Part shown: positions 1 through 9,724 of the stretch, piece after piece
Layout: every line of letters starts with the position of its first letter
How positions within the stretch are numbered: position 1 is the stretch's first letter
Assembly: GCF_051861155.1 (NCBI RefSeq)
Contig: NZ_JBHYDE010000007.1
Location: 152,596-216,595, forward strand
Origin: Sphingopyxis sp.
Lineage (GTDB): Bacteria; Pseudomonadota; Alphaproteobacteria; Sphingomonadales; Sphingomonadaceae
DNA length: 64,000 bases
Reading direction: 5' to 3'
Program-made: the position numbers and the translations under genes
The notes under the pieces: model-generated
What the model was told of the DNA's origin: nothing
The model's input: only the letters and a program-made list of their open reading frames with translations
Databases searched by the model: none

Positions 1-120
1 CTTGCCCCGGTCGCGCGCCGCCAGCGTCAGCGCGATGCCGGGTTCCAGCACCGCGCGCTCGGCCAGCCGGCTCCCGAACACTCCCGTCGCCCCGATCAGC
101 AGGACGCGCAGGTCAGCCAT
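1..120 (-). CDS. Saccharopine dehydrogenase-like NAD(P)-binding protein, N-terminal part (runs off the window)
   Basis: Read by hand, not in the ORF track: MADLRVLLIGATGVFGSRLAERAVLEPGIALTLAARDRGK. It has a Rossmann GxxGxxG motif, and its ATG overlaps the stop of the upstream DUF4166 gene. Confidence 0.7.
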   Translation of the reverse strand, partial: MADLRVLLIGATGVFGSRLAERAVLEPGIALTLAARDRGK

Positions 121-802
121 CGCGGAACAGTCCGTGCTGGTTGACCAATTCGCCCAGCCGCGGGTGCGTGACCTTGAGATCGAAGGCGAAGCAGCCGCTA
201 CCCAGATGCTGGTGCGTGACGACGGTTTGCCCCGGCATCAGCCAGCCGGGCAGCTGCAGCCGGACGCCGCCGCGCCGCCAGAAATAATGGTCGGAGGTGA
301 AAATCAGCGCATCGCCCTCGGCGCGCACGGTCAGCGCCATGCCGAATCCGCCGCCGATATGCTCTTCCAGCCCCGTCGCGCCCGAAAAGCTCTTGGCGCT
401 GTGGATCACCTGCGGATGCCCGCGCGCCCGGCCGTACAGCCGCGTCCAGCATTGCCCGCCGCTCTGCCGGTCCTCGCTGACCGCCACCGCGGCGGGGGCG
501 GGACCGCTCGCCGCCAGCGGCAGCGGCGCGCCGATCAGGCGGCACAGCTGGGCGAGGAGCCAGCCCGCACGCGACAACCGCGTCCACACGATCTCGCCGC
601 GATAGGTCGCACTCGCCATGCCCGTCAGCCGCTTGGAAAAACGCCGCTGCACATCCGCGGGCAGCGCGTCCCAGGCGGCACGTGGCACAAGGCGGCGAAA
701 GCGGTCGTCGGTGCGGGCTTCGCGGTCCTCTCCGCCCTGTTCGCGCGAACTGGGGGAGGGGGCTTTGATCCTGTGACTATAGCCCAATCGCCGCCCCATC
801 AT
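113..802 (-). CDS. DUF4166 domain-containing protein
   Basis: 229-aa ORF with W..LP..VQRRF, W.R.YG and LEEHIGGGFGM.L features typical of DUF4166; the true start may be downstream. Confidence 0.65.
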   Translation of the reverse strand: MMGRRLGYSHRIKAPSPSSREQGGEDREARTDDRFRRLVPRAAWDALPADVQRRFSKRLTGMASATYRGEIVWTRLSRAGWLLAQLCRLIGAPLPLAASGPAPAAVAVSEDRQSGGQCWTRLYGRARGHPQVIHSAKSFSGATGLEEHIGGGFGMALTVRAEGDALIFTSDHYFWRRGGVRLQLPGWLMPGQTVVTHQHLGSGCFAFDLKVTHPRLGELVNQHGLFRDG

Positions 803-809
803 TCGTCTC

Positions 810-1397
810 CTACCCGGCGTCCCTGCCGCCGTCTTTGCCGCGACCGGGGCGCCAGTTGATCAGCTTCGTCACCCCGGCGCCCAACTTGATCAGCCGCATC
901 AGCGCGGGTTTGGGAACGTTCAGCATCTCGTCGTGCCACCGGCTCATCGTCGTCACAAAATCGAGCATATCAGCGAGCCGCGCCTTGGCCCCGGCGCTCA
1001 GCTCGGGATCGCTCGCCGCGCGCGTGACGCACGCTTTCAGCGCCGCTTCGGCGGGATCGATCTCGCGCGCCTTGCGCCCCGCCGCGATCCGGGTCACCAT
1101 TTCCCAGATGTCGGTTTCGGCGGCGAAATGGTCGCGCCGGTCGCCCAGCACCGGCACCCGCTGGATCAACCGCCAGCCGAGCAGCTCCTTGATCGAGTTC
1201 GACACGTTCGACCGCGCTAGCCCCAGCATGTCGGCAATTTCTTCGGCATGCAGCGGGCGGTCGGACACGAACAACAGCGCATGGATTTGCGCCACCGACC
1301 GGTTGACCCCCCACTGCCCGCCAAGGTTTCCCCAATGGAGGATGAACTCGGTCGCGGCCGGGGACAGTTTCGACTCATGTTCGATAATTTCTGTCAT
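810..1397 (-). CDS. GbsR/MarR-family transcriptional regulator
   Basis: FILHWGNLGGQWGVNRSVAQIHALL...LARSNVSNSIKELLGW is the GbsR signature. Start placed at ATG 1397 because a promoter lies directly upstream. Confidence 0.85.
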   Translation of the reverse strand: MTEIIEHESKLSPAATEFILHWGNLGGQWGVNRSVAQIHALLFVSDRPLHAEEIADMLGLARSNVSNSIKELLGWRLIQRVPVLGDRRDHFAAETDIWEMVTRIAAGRKAREIDPAEAALKACVTRAASDPELSAGAKARLADMLDFVTTMSRWHDEMLNVPKPALMRLIKLGAGVTKLINWRPGRGKDGGRDAG

Positions 1398-1432
1398 AAC
1401 AGAAATATCAGGCATGAAGGATTGAATGTCAA
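1387..1432 (-). promoter_or_regulatory. Sigma70 promoter and palindromic operator of the GbsR-family gene
   Basis: TTGACA(1432-1427)-N17-GATATT(1409-1404)-N6-ATG. A perfect inverted repeat ATTTCTGT-N4-ACAGAAAT (1387-1406) covers the start codon. Confidence 0.65.
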
Positions 1433-1521
1433 TGGCGGCGGTGTGGCAGCTGCCAGTGCGTCGCTGTTCAGATGGAACTATAGCCCTGCGCCTGTCGAAG
1501 GGCGCTTCAACCGAATGTGCC

Positions 1522-1871
1522 CTAAAACTCGATCAAGATTCGGACCTTGTCGGGCGTGGTGCCGACGACGCGGGCGATGTGGGCGCGGCTTTCGGCGAGC
1601 ATGTCGGGCGAAAATTCGCGGCCGTCGCTGCCCAGCAGCTCGGCGACCGACACCCCGAGCAAGACGCCCAGCGCTTCGACGCGGCCATGGCGCGGCCGGG
1701 TGCGGTCCTTTTCCATGCCGAGACCGCGGGCACGCTGACATCGAGCGCCGCCGCGAGCTGCATCTGGCTGAAGCGGCGGGTCACCCGCAGGCGCCGCAGC
1801 CGGGCACCAAAGCTTTCGGTCCCCGCAGGGGTCGGTCGCGGTAAGTCCGCTGCTATTCGGTCACCGGGCAT
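1522..1871 (-). pseudogene. XRE-family helix-turn-helix regulator with a 1-nt frameshift
   Basis: SFGARLRRLRVTRRFSQMQLAAALDVSVPAVSAW is in one frame and EKDRTRPRHGRVEALGVLLGVSVAELLG in another. One extra G at TGG|AAAAG (1713-1714) gives a 351-nt intact gene. Confidence 0.75.
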
Positions 1872-1996
1872 CGGGCGGACGTTGCTTTCGCTCGTTATCC
1901 GCCCTTGGATACACCAGCGGCATTGCGATGCGCCGTGCTATTATGTGCGAGTACACCGACGAGCGGGCGACGCTCGCGAATGCGCCACCGCAAACG

Positions 1997-2030
1997 AAAA
2001 AGGGCGGCCATCCTTTCGGCGGCCGCCCCT
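1997..2030 (-). terminator. Rho-independent terminator of the rpsM-rpsK-rpoA-rplQ operon
   Basis: Minus strand GGGCGGCC-gccgaaaggat-GGCCGCCC followed by TTTTT, just after the rplQ stop. Confidence 0.8.
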
Positions 2031-2054
2031 GATCTTGTCCGGTCAGCGCGAAGC

Positions 2055-2477
2055 TCAGGCTTCGGCCATATCCTCGTCAAACTGCTCGACCGGGCCCGAA
2101 TCCTGACCCTTGGCATCGACGTCGCGATCGACGAGTTCGATGATCGCCATCGGCGCCGCGTCGCTGGCGCGGATACCGGCCTTGATCACGCGAGCATAGC
2201 CGCCGTTGCGGTCCTTGTAGCGCTCGGCGAGGGTGTCGAACAGCTTGACCAGCTGGGTGTCGTCCATCAGGCGGCTCATCGCGAGGCGACGGTTGGCCAG
2301 GCCACCGCGCTTCGCCAGCGTGATCAGCTTTTCGATATAGGGACGCAGTTCCTTCGCCTTGGCGACGGTCGTCGTGATCTGCTCATGCTTGATGAGCGAG
2401 GCCGACATGTTGCGGAACAGGGCCGTGCGGTGCGCGCTGGTGCGCTGCAGCTTCCGGCCACCCGATTTATGACGCAT
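2055..2477 (-). CDS. rplQ: 50S ribosomal protein L17
   Basis: [24 protein letters not shown]...[12 protein letters not shown]; follows rpoA. Confidence 0.99.
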   Translation of the reverse strand: MRHKSGGRKLQRTSAHRTALFRNMSASLIKHEQITTTVAKAKELRPYIEKLITLAKRGGLANRRLAMSRLMDDTQLVKLFDTLAERYKDRNGGYARVIKAGIRASDAAPMAIIELVDRDVDAKGQDSGPVEQFDEDMAEA

Positions 2478-2590
2478 GATAAATTCCTTCGTTTGTCAGA
2501 GGGGCCGTGCGAGGTACCCCAAGCCAGGTCGATTGCGGGCCGACCCATTCCCGTGGCGATGACGCCCCGGCGAACCGGGGCGCTATCTGA

Positions 2591-3649
2591 TTAACCGAGC
2601 AGCTCTTGTTCGAGCTTCTTGGCCATTTCTTCGATGTTTTCCGGCGGCCAGCCGGGGATGTCCATGCCCAGACGCAGGCCCATCGACGACAGCACTTCCT
2701 TGATTTCGTTCAGCGACTTGCGGCCGAAGTTCGGGGTGCGCAGCATCTCGGCTTCGGTCTTCTGAACCAGGTCACCGATATAGATGATGTTGTCGTTCTT
2801 CAGGCAGTTGGCGCTGCGGACCGACAGTTCGAGCTCGTCGACCTTCTTGAGCAGGAAGCGGTTGAGCTGGTTGACATCGCTCTCGTCGGCGGTGGTCGGC
2901 GATGCCGCCATGCCGATCATGCCGCTGTCGTTCATCGCTTCTTCGAAGTGGACGAAGACCTGGAGCTGGTCCTGAAGGATGCGCGCGGCATAGGCCACGG
3001 CATCTTCCGGGGTGATCGTGCCGTCGGTTTCGACGGTCAGGTTCAGCTTGTCATAGTCCAGTTCCTGACCGATGCGGGCATTGTCGACCTTATAGGCGAC
3101 CTGGCGCACCGGCGAGTAGAGCGAGTCGACCGGGATCAGGCCGATCGGCGCGTCGATCGGACGGTTGGCGGTCGCGGGGACATAGCCCTTGCCGGTGTCG
3201 GCAACGAGTTCCATGTTCAGCGTCGCACCATCGTCGAGGTGGCAGATGACGTGGTTCGGGTTCATCACCTTGATGTCGCCCGACACCATGATGTCGCCAG
3301 CCTTGACGGTTGCGGGGCCGGTCGCCGAAAGCTGGAGCCGTTTCGGGCCTTCGCCTTCCATCTTGAGCGCGATCTGCTTCACGTTGAGCACGATGTCGGT
3401 GACATCTTCGCGCACGCCGGCCAGGCTCGAGAATTCGTGGAGGACGTTCTCGATCTTGATCGACGTGATCGCCGCACCCTGGAGCGACGAGAGCAGCACG
3501 CGGCGCAGCGCGTTGCCAAGCGTCAGGCCAAAGCCGCGCTCGAGCGGTTCGGCGACAAAGGTCGCCTTGCGCTTGCCGTCGCTGCCAGCCTTGATTTCCA
3601 GGTTGCTGGGCTTCTTCAATTCCTGCCAGTTCCGGATATTGACAGTCAT
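2591..3649 (-). CDS. rpoA: RNA polymerase subunit alpha
   Basis: [22 protein letters not shown] and [15 protein letters not shown] motifs. Confidence 0.99.
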   Translation of the reverse strand: MTVNIRNWQELKKPSNLEIKAGSDGKRKATFVAEPLERGFGLTLGNALRRVLLSSLQGAAITSIKIENVLHEFSSLAGVREDVTDIVLNVKQIALKMEGEGPKRLQLSATGPATVKAGDIMVSGDIKVMNPNHVICHLDDGATLNMELVADTGKGYVPATANRPIDAPIGLIPVDSLYSPVRQVAYKVDNARIGQELDYDKLNLTVETDGTITPEDAVAYAARILQDQLQVFVHFEEAMNDSGMIGMAASPTTADESDVNQLNRFLLKKVDELELSVRSANCLKNDNIIYIGDLVQKTEAEMLRTPNFGRKSLNEIKEVLSSMGLRLGMDIPGWPPENIEEMAKKLEQELLG

Positions 3650-3756
3650 GGTCTTCCCTTTGCTTTTGGCGGGACGAATTGGGGGTCGACCAATTTGTCC
3701 GGCGTTAGGAGTTTGACGGATGCCGCCCCGGAAATGGGGCGCATCCGAAGCAGGCG

Positions 3757-4146
3757 TCAGACGCGGCGGCGCTTGGCCGGGCGGACACCATTGTGCGGGA
3801 TCGGGGTCACATCGCGGATCGAGGTGATGTGGAAACCGACGGCCTGCAGCGCGCGGAGCGCCGATTCACGACCGGCGCCCGGGCCCTTCACTTCGACTTC
3901 CAGCGTGCGGACGCCATGTTCGGCGGCCTTCTTGCCGGCATCTTCGGCGCAAACCTGCGCCGCATACGGGGTCGACTTGCGGCTTCCCTTGAAGCCCATC
4001 ATGCCGGCGCTCGACCAGGCAATCGCGTTGCCCTGGGCGTCGGTGATGGTGATCATCGTGTTGTTGAAGGTCGCGTTGACGTGGGCGACGCCCGACGAGA
4101 TGTTCTTGCGTTCGCGCCGACGAAGGCGCTGCGGTTCACGAGCCAT
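3757..4146 (-). CDS. rpsK: 30S ribosomal protein S11
   Basis: [12 protein letters not shown]...[14 protein letters not shown]...[12 protein letters not shown]. Confidence 0.99.
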   Translation of the reverse strand: MAREPQRLRRRERKNISSGVAHVNATFNNTMITITDAQGNAIAWSSAGMMGFKGSRKSTPYAAQVCAEDAGKKAAEHGVRTLEVEVKGPGAGRESALRALQAVGFHITSIRDVTPIPHNGVRPAKRRRV

Positions 4147-4248
4147 GATATATTCCTAACCTAAATCCTGAATGGCCGGTGGCGGGCGATGCGCCGCTGC
4201 CCCGGCAGGGGAAATAAGGAAGCGCGCCCGGATGGACGCGCTCAAACC

Positions 4249-4617
4249 TTATTTCTTCTTACCGGCGATCGCCTTAGCCTTGCCCTTGCGGGTGCGCGCG
4301 TTGGTGTGCGTGCGCTGGCCGCGAACCGGCAGGCCCTTGCGATGACGCAGGCCGCGGTAGCAGGCGAGGTCCATCAACCGCTTGATGTTCATCGCCGTGT
4401 TACGGCGAAGATCACCCTCGACGGTCAGGTCGGCGTCGATCGTTTCACGGATCTGCAGCACTTCGGCGTCGGACAGATCCTGGACGCGGCGCGTCTGGTC
4501 GATCCCCAGCTTGGTGGCGATGTCGACGGCGGTCTTGCGACCGATGCCGTGGATGTAGGTGAGCGCGATGATCACGCGCTTGTTGGTGGGCAGATTGACG
4601 CCCGCGATACGTGCCAT
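4249..4617 (-). CDS. rpsM: 30S ribosomal protein S13
   Basis: [10 protein letters not shown]...[27 protein letters not shown]; start trimmed to ATG 4617. Confidence 0.99.
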   Translation of the reverse strand: MARIAGVNLPTNKRVIIALTYIHGIGRKTAVDIATKLGIDQTRRVQDLSDAEVLQIRETIDADLTVEGDLRRNTAMNIKRLMDLACYRGLRHRKGLPVRGQRTHTNARTRKGKAKAIAGKKK

Positions 4618-4815
4618 TGGGTACTTTCTCCTGCTCCACAGGGCCGTAGGCAATCGGCCCCATCTCAAAGCGTCTGATTTCCAACGCAAAAAACGGACCA
4701 CGAATGCGCGCGATGCGCTTCGCCGTCCGGTCAGGCTGTCGGAATGGTCGCGCAACTACGGCGAGTCGGGCCGATTGTCAAGCCGACTGCGGTGGTTTGC
4801 CCGGCGTTTCGACCG

Positions 4816-5607
4816 TCAGGATGCGGATGTAAGAGCGACCGCGCGATCGTGCAAGCGATCGACCACCGCGGCGTGGATTCCGGGGGCGCAGGCGATGACG
4901 CCAAAGGCCTGCGCGCGCGGGGTGTTGAACTTTAGCGGCGCTCCGAACGCATCGGTGACGGTCGCCCCCGCCTCGGTCGCGATGAGCGCGGCGGCGGCGA
5001 CGTCCCATTCGAACCCCCAGCGCAGCGTTGCCACCAGATCGGCACGGTCGTCGGCGACCAGCGCCATGCGCAGCGCGATACTATTCGGCTTGGTGACGAT
5101 CACCAGGTCGCTGTCGACGCGCGGCAACGCATCGGCGGGGACGCGCGATCCGGCGAACTCGGTTCGGCGGCTGGCGTGCAGCGTCTCGCCGTTGAGCTGC
5201 GCACCCTGGCCCTTTTGCGCGACCCACAATTCGTCGAGCGCGGGGGCGTAAAGGATGCCGAATTCCGGGGCGCCATCGATCACCAGCGCGACCGACACGC
5301 ACCAGCCGGGGCGGCCGCGGATGAAGTCGCGGGTGCCGTCGATCGGATCGACGCACCACATCGCTCGGCACGCCAGCCGATCGGAATTGTCGGCGGTTTC
5401 TTCGGACAGCCACCCCGCTTCGGGCACCATCGCGCCAAGCACCGCCTTCAGCCGCGCATCGACCGCCAGGTCGACGTCGCTGACCGGATTGTCGTGCGAC
5501 TTGTTCCAGACATTGACCGCTTGCCCCTCGCCGCGCCAGCGCGCCATCGCCATGTCGCCGACCTCGCGGGTCGCGGCGATCGCGGCTTCGAGGTTGCGGC
5601 CGGGCAT
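4816..5607 (-). CDS. Inositol monophosphatase / CysQ-family phosphatase
   Basis: WLSEE, VDPIDGTRDF and WDVAAA motifs. Confidence 0.9.
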   Translation of the reverse strand: MPGRNLEAAIAATREVGDMAMARWRGEGQAVNVWNKSHDNPVSDVDLAVDARLKAVLGAMVPEAGWLSEETADNSDRLACRAMWCVDPIDGTRDFIRGRPGWCVSVALVIDGAPEFGILYAPALDELWVAQKGQGAQLNGETLHASRRTEFAGSRVPADALPRVDSDLVIVTKPNSIALRMALVADDRADLVATLRWGFEWDVAAAALIATEAGATVTDAFGAPLKFNTPRAQAFGVIACAPGIHAAVVDRLHDRAVALTSAS

Positions 5608-5617
5608 CCGTCGCTGC

Positions 5618-6961
5618 TCAGCTCGACGCGACGGTCATGCCGTCGATACGCAGCGTCGGTGCGTTGATGCCATGGCGGAATTCCAGGTCGTTCGCCGGGA
5701 TCAGCGCCGCAAACATGTCGATCAGATTGCCCGCAATGGTGAATTCGGCGATCGGCCCGGCCATGACGCCATCCTTGATCAGGAAGCCCGACGCGCCGCG
5801 GCTGTAATCGCCGGTCACCGGATTGACGCCATGCCCGATCAGCTCGGTGACATAGACGCCGTCGGCGATGCCCGCCATCAGCGCCGCGGGCGTCGCGCTG
5901 CCCGCCGCGAGGTGCAGGTTGCTTGCCCCCACCCCCGACGCGCCGCCGCCGCGGCTGGCATGGCCGGTCGGGGTCAGGCCAAGCTGCTTTGCCGACGCGG
6001 TGTCGAGCAGCCAGCCGGTGATCTTGCCATCGGCGACGAGATCGCGCGCCGCGGTCGGCAGGCCTTCGCCGTCGAAGGCGCGGCTGCGCAGACCGCGCGG
6101 CCGGTGCGGTTCGTCGCGGATGACGATACCGCTGTCGAACAATAGCTGGTCTTCCTTGCCGAGCAGGAAGCTGGTGCCGCGCGCGATCGCGGGACCGGCG
6201 ATCGCGCCGAGCAGATGGCCGACGATGCCGCCGCTGACGCGCGGATCGAACAGCACCGGCACCTTGCCGTTCGGTGCCTTGCCGGGGTTGAGCCGCGCGA
6301 CGGCGCGGGTACCGGCGCGCTCGCCGATGTCGGCGGCGCTTTCGAGGTCGGCCAGATGGTGCGCGCTGTGCCAGCCATAGTCGCGCTGCATGCTGGCGCC
6401 TTCGCCCGCGATGACGCTCGCCGACAGGCTGTGGCCGCTCGACCCGTAACCCCCGGCAAAGCCATGGCTGGTGGCGAGCGCAAAGCGCGTGCGGCTGTGG
6501 CTCGCGCTGCCGCCTTCGCTGTTGGTCACCCCGGCGACCGCGCGCGCCGCTTCTTCGACCGCCAGCGCGGCCGCGCGCAGCGCCGCCGGATCGGCGTCGC
6601 TGCCGTCATCGAGGTCGAAATCGGGCACCACGCCCTTGAACAGCAATTCTTCGGGGGCGAGTCCGGCATAGGGATCTTCGGGCGCCTCGCGCGCCATCGC
6701 GACACAGCGTTCGACCAGCTTGGTCAGCTCGCCCGCATCCATGTCGGCGGTCGACACGCTGGCGCTGCGCTGGCCGACAAAGACGCGCAGCGAAATATCC
6801 TGCCCCTCGGACCGCTCGACATCCTCGAGCGCGCCAAGCCGCATCGAAACCGACGTGGCGGCGTTGCAATAATAGAGCGCATCGGCGGCATCGGCGCCGG
6901 CCTTGGTGGCGGCGTCGCACAGCAACTGCGCGCGATCGAGGGCTTCGGAAACGGTCAGCAT
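5618..6961 (-). CDS. pmbA: TldD/PmbA-family protein (PmbA-like)
   Basis: FDGEGLPT and GVNPVTGDYSRGASGF...IAGNL motifs. Confidence 0.9.
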   Translation of the reverse strand: MLTVSEALDRAQLLCDAATKAGADAADALYYCNAATSVSMRLGALEDVERSEGQDISLRVFVGQRSASVSTADMDAGELTKLVERCVAMAREAPEDPYAGLAPEELLFKGVVPDFDLDDGSDADPAALRAAALAVEEAARAVAGVTNSEGGSASHSRTRFALATSHGFAGGYGSSGHSLSASVIAGEGASMQRDYGWHSAHHLADLESAADIGERAGTRAVARLNPGKAPNGKVPVLFDPRVSGGIVGHLLGAIAGPAIARGTSFLLGKEDQLLFDSGIVIRDEPHRPRGLRSRAFDGEGLPTAARDLVADGKITGWLLDTASAKQLGLTPTGHASRGGGASGVGASNLHLAAGSATPAALMAGIADGVYVTELIGHGVNPVTGDYSRGASGFLIKDGVMAGPIAEFTIAGNLIDMFAALIPANDLEFRHGINAPTLRIDGMTVASS

Positions 6962-7013
6962 CGCCGCGCCCTATACGGCGCGCGGCAGGGCGTCAAACTT
7001 CGTCGCGGCAGGC

Positions 7014-7412
7014 TTATTTGACGATCGCGGCAATCGCGTCGGTGGCGGCCATCGCGCCGCTGACCCACAGAAAGGGCAGCGTCAGCGCCGCAACCCACAG
7101 CCGGCGGACATCGCGGCGAAAGCGCGCGTGCAGGCCCCAGCTGGCGAGCGCCTGGCGGCTGAGGTGGTACCAGCGCCGCTCGGTCGAGCGTGCGACGGGG
7201 ACGGCGATGGCGAGCAGCGCGACCAGTGCGACGACGATCAGTGCCGACGAGGCGCCCGCGGCGATCGCGCTCGATACCAGCCATATCTGCAATGCGGCAA
7301 AGGCGACCAGCGCGGTCGCGGCGTGCCAGGTCATTCGGCGGCCAAGACTCCGTGCTGCCGGCACACTAGGTGACGTGCGCCGCCACAGGCGCGGTCCGAA
7401 TGCTGATGCCAT
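7014..7412 (-). CDS. Small hypothetical membrane protein
   Basis: 132-aa ORF with three hydrophobic segments; start uncertain. Confidence 0.6.
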   Translation of the reverse strand: MASAFGPRLWRRTSPSVPAARSLGRRMTWHAATALVAFAALQIWLVSSAIAAGASSALIVVALVALLAIAVPVARSTERRWYHLSRQALASWGLHARFRRDVRRLWVAALTLPFLWVSGAMAATDAIAAIVK

Positions 7413-7727
7413 TTTTCAGCCCCCTTAGGCTGGCGATTCCCAGAACGCCACGATTTCAGCCCAATATTCCCAAGTCAAGACAGGCTGGCACCGATTCGTT
7501 AACAATTCCGCTCAATTCACCCCGGATTCACAACCAAATCGCGCCGGATCGCGAAAAAAGCTGCAAATTTGGTGCGGTGAACCGATCGCCTACGGGCAAG
7601 GCGCCCCGGAAACGCGGCGGGCGGTGGTCGAACGCGCGGCGCCGTTCGTCGAAGCCTTGCATCCGAAGCGCCCCCCGGTAGCGTCTAGATCCAGTCTATC
7701 TGCTTCATGCAACACGGGGAATATTTC

Positions 7728-9665
7728 ATGCGCTATCTGGCCTTTCTCGCCGCCCTGACCTTGCCGCTCGCCGCCGCCTCGGCCGCCGAGGGCGACAAGC
7801 CGGCGGTCGAACCCAAGCCCGCGGCGCTGATCGCCGACGGGGTTCCCGAGGTGCCCGCCGAGCTGTCGGCAGCGACGCGGCCCTATATGGAAAATCGCGG
7901 CGCGGGTTTTGTCGGCTGGAACCCGGCCGACAAATCGATGCTGATCGCCACCCGGTTCGGCAACACCGCGCAGCTCCACCGCGTCGCGATGCCGATGGGC
8001 GCGCGCAAGCAGCTGACCTTCGAGGCCGAGCCGGTCGGGTCGGGCAGCTGGGCGCCGCAAAAGGCCGATGTGATGCTGGTGCAGAAGGACATCGGCGGCA
8101 ACGAGTTCTTCCAGATCTATGCGATGAAAAACGGTCGGCTCGACCTGCTCACCGACGGCAAGAGCCGCAACGGGCTCAATGCGTGGAGCAAGGACGGCCA
8201 GCTCGTCGCCTTTACCTCGACGCTGCGCAACGGCCGCGACAGCGACATTTACGTCATGGACCCGCGCGATCCCAAGACGCGGCGGATGGTGGCCGAGGTC
8301 AAGGGGGGCGGCTGGGGGCTGCTCGATTTCGCCGCCGACAAGAGCTGGGCGCTCGTCGGCAAATTCACCTCGGTGCAAAAGGCCGACCTGTTTCGCCTCG
8401 ACCTCGCCAGCGGTGCGATGACGCCGATCGGCGACCACAGCAAGACGGTGGCGCTCGGCGGTGCGACGTTTGCCCCCGACGGCACGATCTGGATGACCAG
8501 CGACGAAGGCGGCGATTTCCAGCGGCTCGGGACGCTCGACCCGGCGACGGGCAAGTTCACCCCCAAAGGTCCGGCGGAAAAATGGGATGTCGACACGTTC
8601 GACATCGCCGACGACGGCAGCTTCATCGCCTATGTCGTCAACGAAGCGGGGACGTCGAAACTGCGGCTGTTCGATCCAAAGTCGGGCGCGGTGCGCACCG
8701 TCGACAAATTGCCCGCCGGGATCATCGGCGGGCTTGAAATCGCGCCATGGGGCGAAATCGGCATCACCTTCACCTCGGCGCGCAGCGCCGCCGATGCGTT
8801 CAGCGTCGATCCCAAAACGCTGGCGATCACCCGCTGGACCGAAAGCGAAACGGGCGGGCTCGACGTCACGCAGAATGTCGAACCCCAATTGGTGAAGGTG
8901 AAAAGCTTCGACGGGCTCGAGGTGTCGGGGTTCCTCTATCGCCCCGATCCCGCCAAATTCCCCGGCAAGCGCCCGCTGATCATGAGCGTCCACGGCGGTC
9001 CCGAAGCACAGTCGCGGCCGGGCTTCATGGGGCGAAGCAACTATCTGCTCAACGAAATGGGGATCGCGCTTTTCTATCCCAACGTCCGTGGTTCGACGGG
9101 GTACGGCAAGACCTTCGTCAGCCTCGACAACGGGCCGTTCAAGCGCGAGGATAGCGTCAAGGACATGGGCGCCTTCCTCGATGTGCTGGCTAAAGACAAG
9201 GGCCTCGACGCGGCGCGCTTCGGGCTGACCGGGGGCAGCTATGGCGGCTATATGTGCTATGCCGCCGCGACCCATTATGCCGCCAAGCTGCGCGCGAACC
9301 TGTGCGTCGTGGCGATTTCCAACTTCGTCACCTTCCTGGAGAATACCCAGGATTACCGCCGCGACCTGCGCCGCGTCGAATATGGCGACGAACGCGTGCC
9401 CGAACAGCGCGCCAAGCTGACGGAAATCTCGCCGTTGACCCGGGTCGCCGACATCAAGAAGCCGCTGTTCGTCGTCACCGGCGCCAACGACCCGCGCGTT
9501 CCCGCCTCAGAGGCCGATCAGATCGTCGCCGCGATCCGCAAGAATGACGGCACCGCCTGGCATCTGGTCGGCACCAACGAAGGTCATGGCTTCGCCAAGA
9601 AGGAAAATGCCGACTATAATTTCTGGGCGTCGCTGCTGTTCTGGAAGCAATATCTGCTGAATTGA
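7728..9665 (+). CDS. Exported S9-family (prolyl oligopeptidase-like) serine peptidase
   Basis: Signal peptide (MRYLAFLAALTLPLAAASA), beta-propeller region, catalytic GGSYGG, GANDPRV and EGHGF. Confidence 0.92.
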   Translation: MRYLAFLAALTLPLAAASAAEGDKPAVEPKPAALIADGVPEVPAELSAATRPYMENRGAGFVGWNPADKSMLIATRFGNTAQLHRVAMPMGARKQLTFEAEPVGSGSWAPQKADVMLVQKDIGGNEFFQIYAMKNGRLDLLTDGKSRNGLNAWSKDGQLVAFTSTLRNGRDSDIYVMDPRDPKTRRMVAEVKGGGWGLLDFAADKSWALVGKFTSVQKADLFRLDLASGAMTPIGDHSKTVALGGATFAPDGTIWMTSDEGGDFQRLGTLDPATGKFTPKGPAEKWDVDTFDIADDGSFIAYVVNEAGTSKLRLFDPKSGAVRTVDKLPAGIIGGLEIAPWGEIGITFTSARSAADAFSVDPKTLAITRWTESETGGLDVTQNVEPQLVKVKSFDGLEVSGFLYRPDPAKFPGKRPLIMSVHGGPEAQSRPGFMGRSNYLLNEMGIALFYPNVRGSTGYGKTFVSLDNGPFKREDSVKDMGAFLDVLAKDKGLDAARFGLTGGSYGGYMCYAAATHYAAKLRANLCVVAISNFVTFLENTQDYRRDLRRVEYGDERVPEQRAKLTEISPLTRVADIKKPLFVVTGANDPRVPASEADQIVAAIRKNDGTAWHLVGTNEGHGFAKKENADYNFWASLLFWKQYLLN

Positions 9666-9684
9666 TCGCGCCCGCCAAACACAT

Positions 9685-9717
9685 CGCCATTACGAGCGTA
9701 GCGAAGCAATGACGGCG
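9685..9717. repeat. Internally deleted remnant of the CGTCATTGCGAG palindromic repeat family
   Basis: CGCCATTACGAGCGTAGCGAA-GCAAT-GACGG joins the left and right ends of the full element at 61339-61424. Confidence 0.6.
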
Positions 9718-9724
9718 TGCGGAG

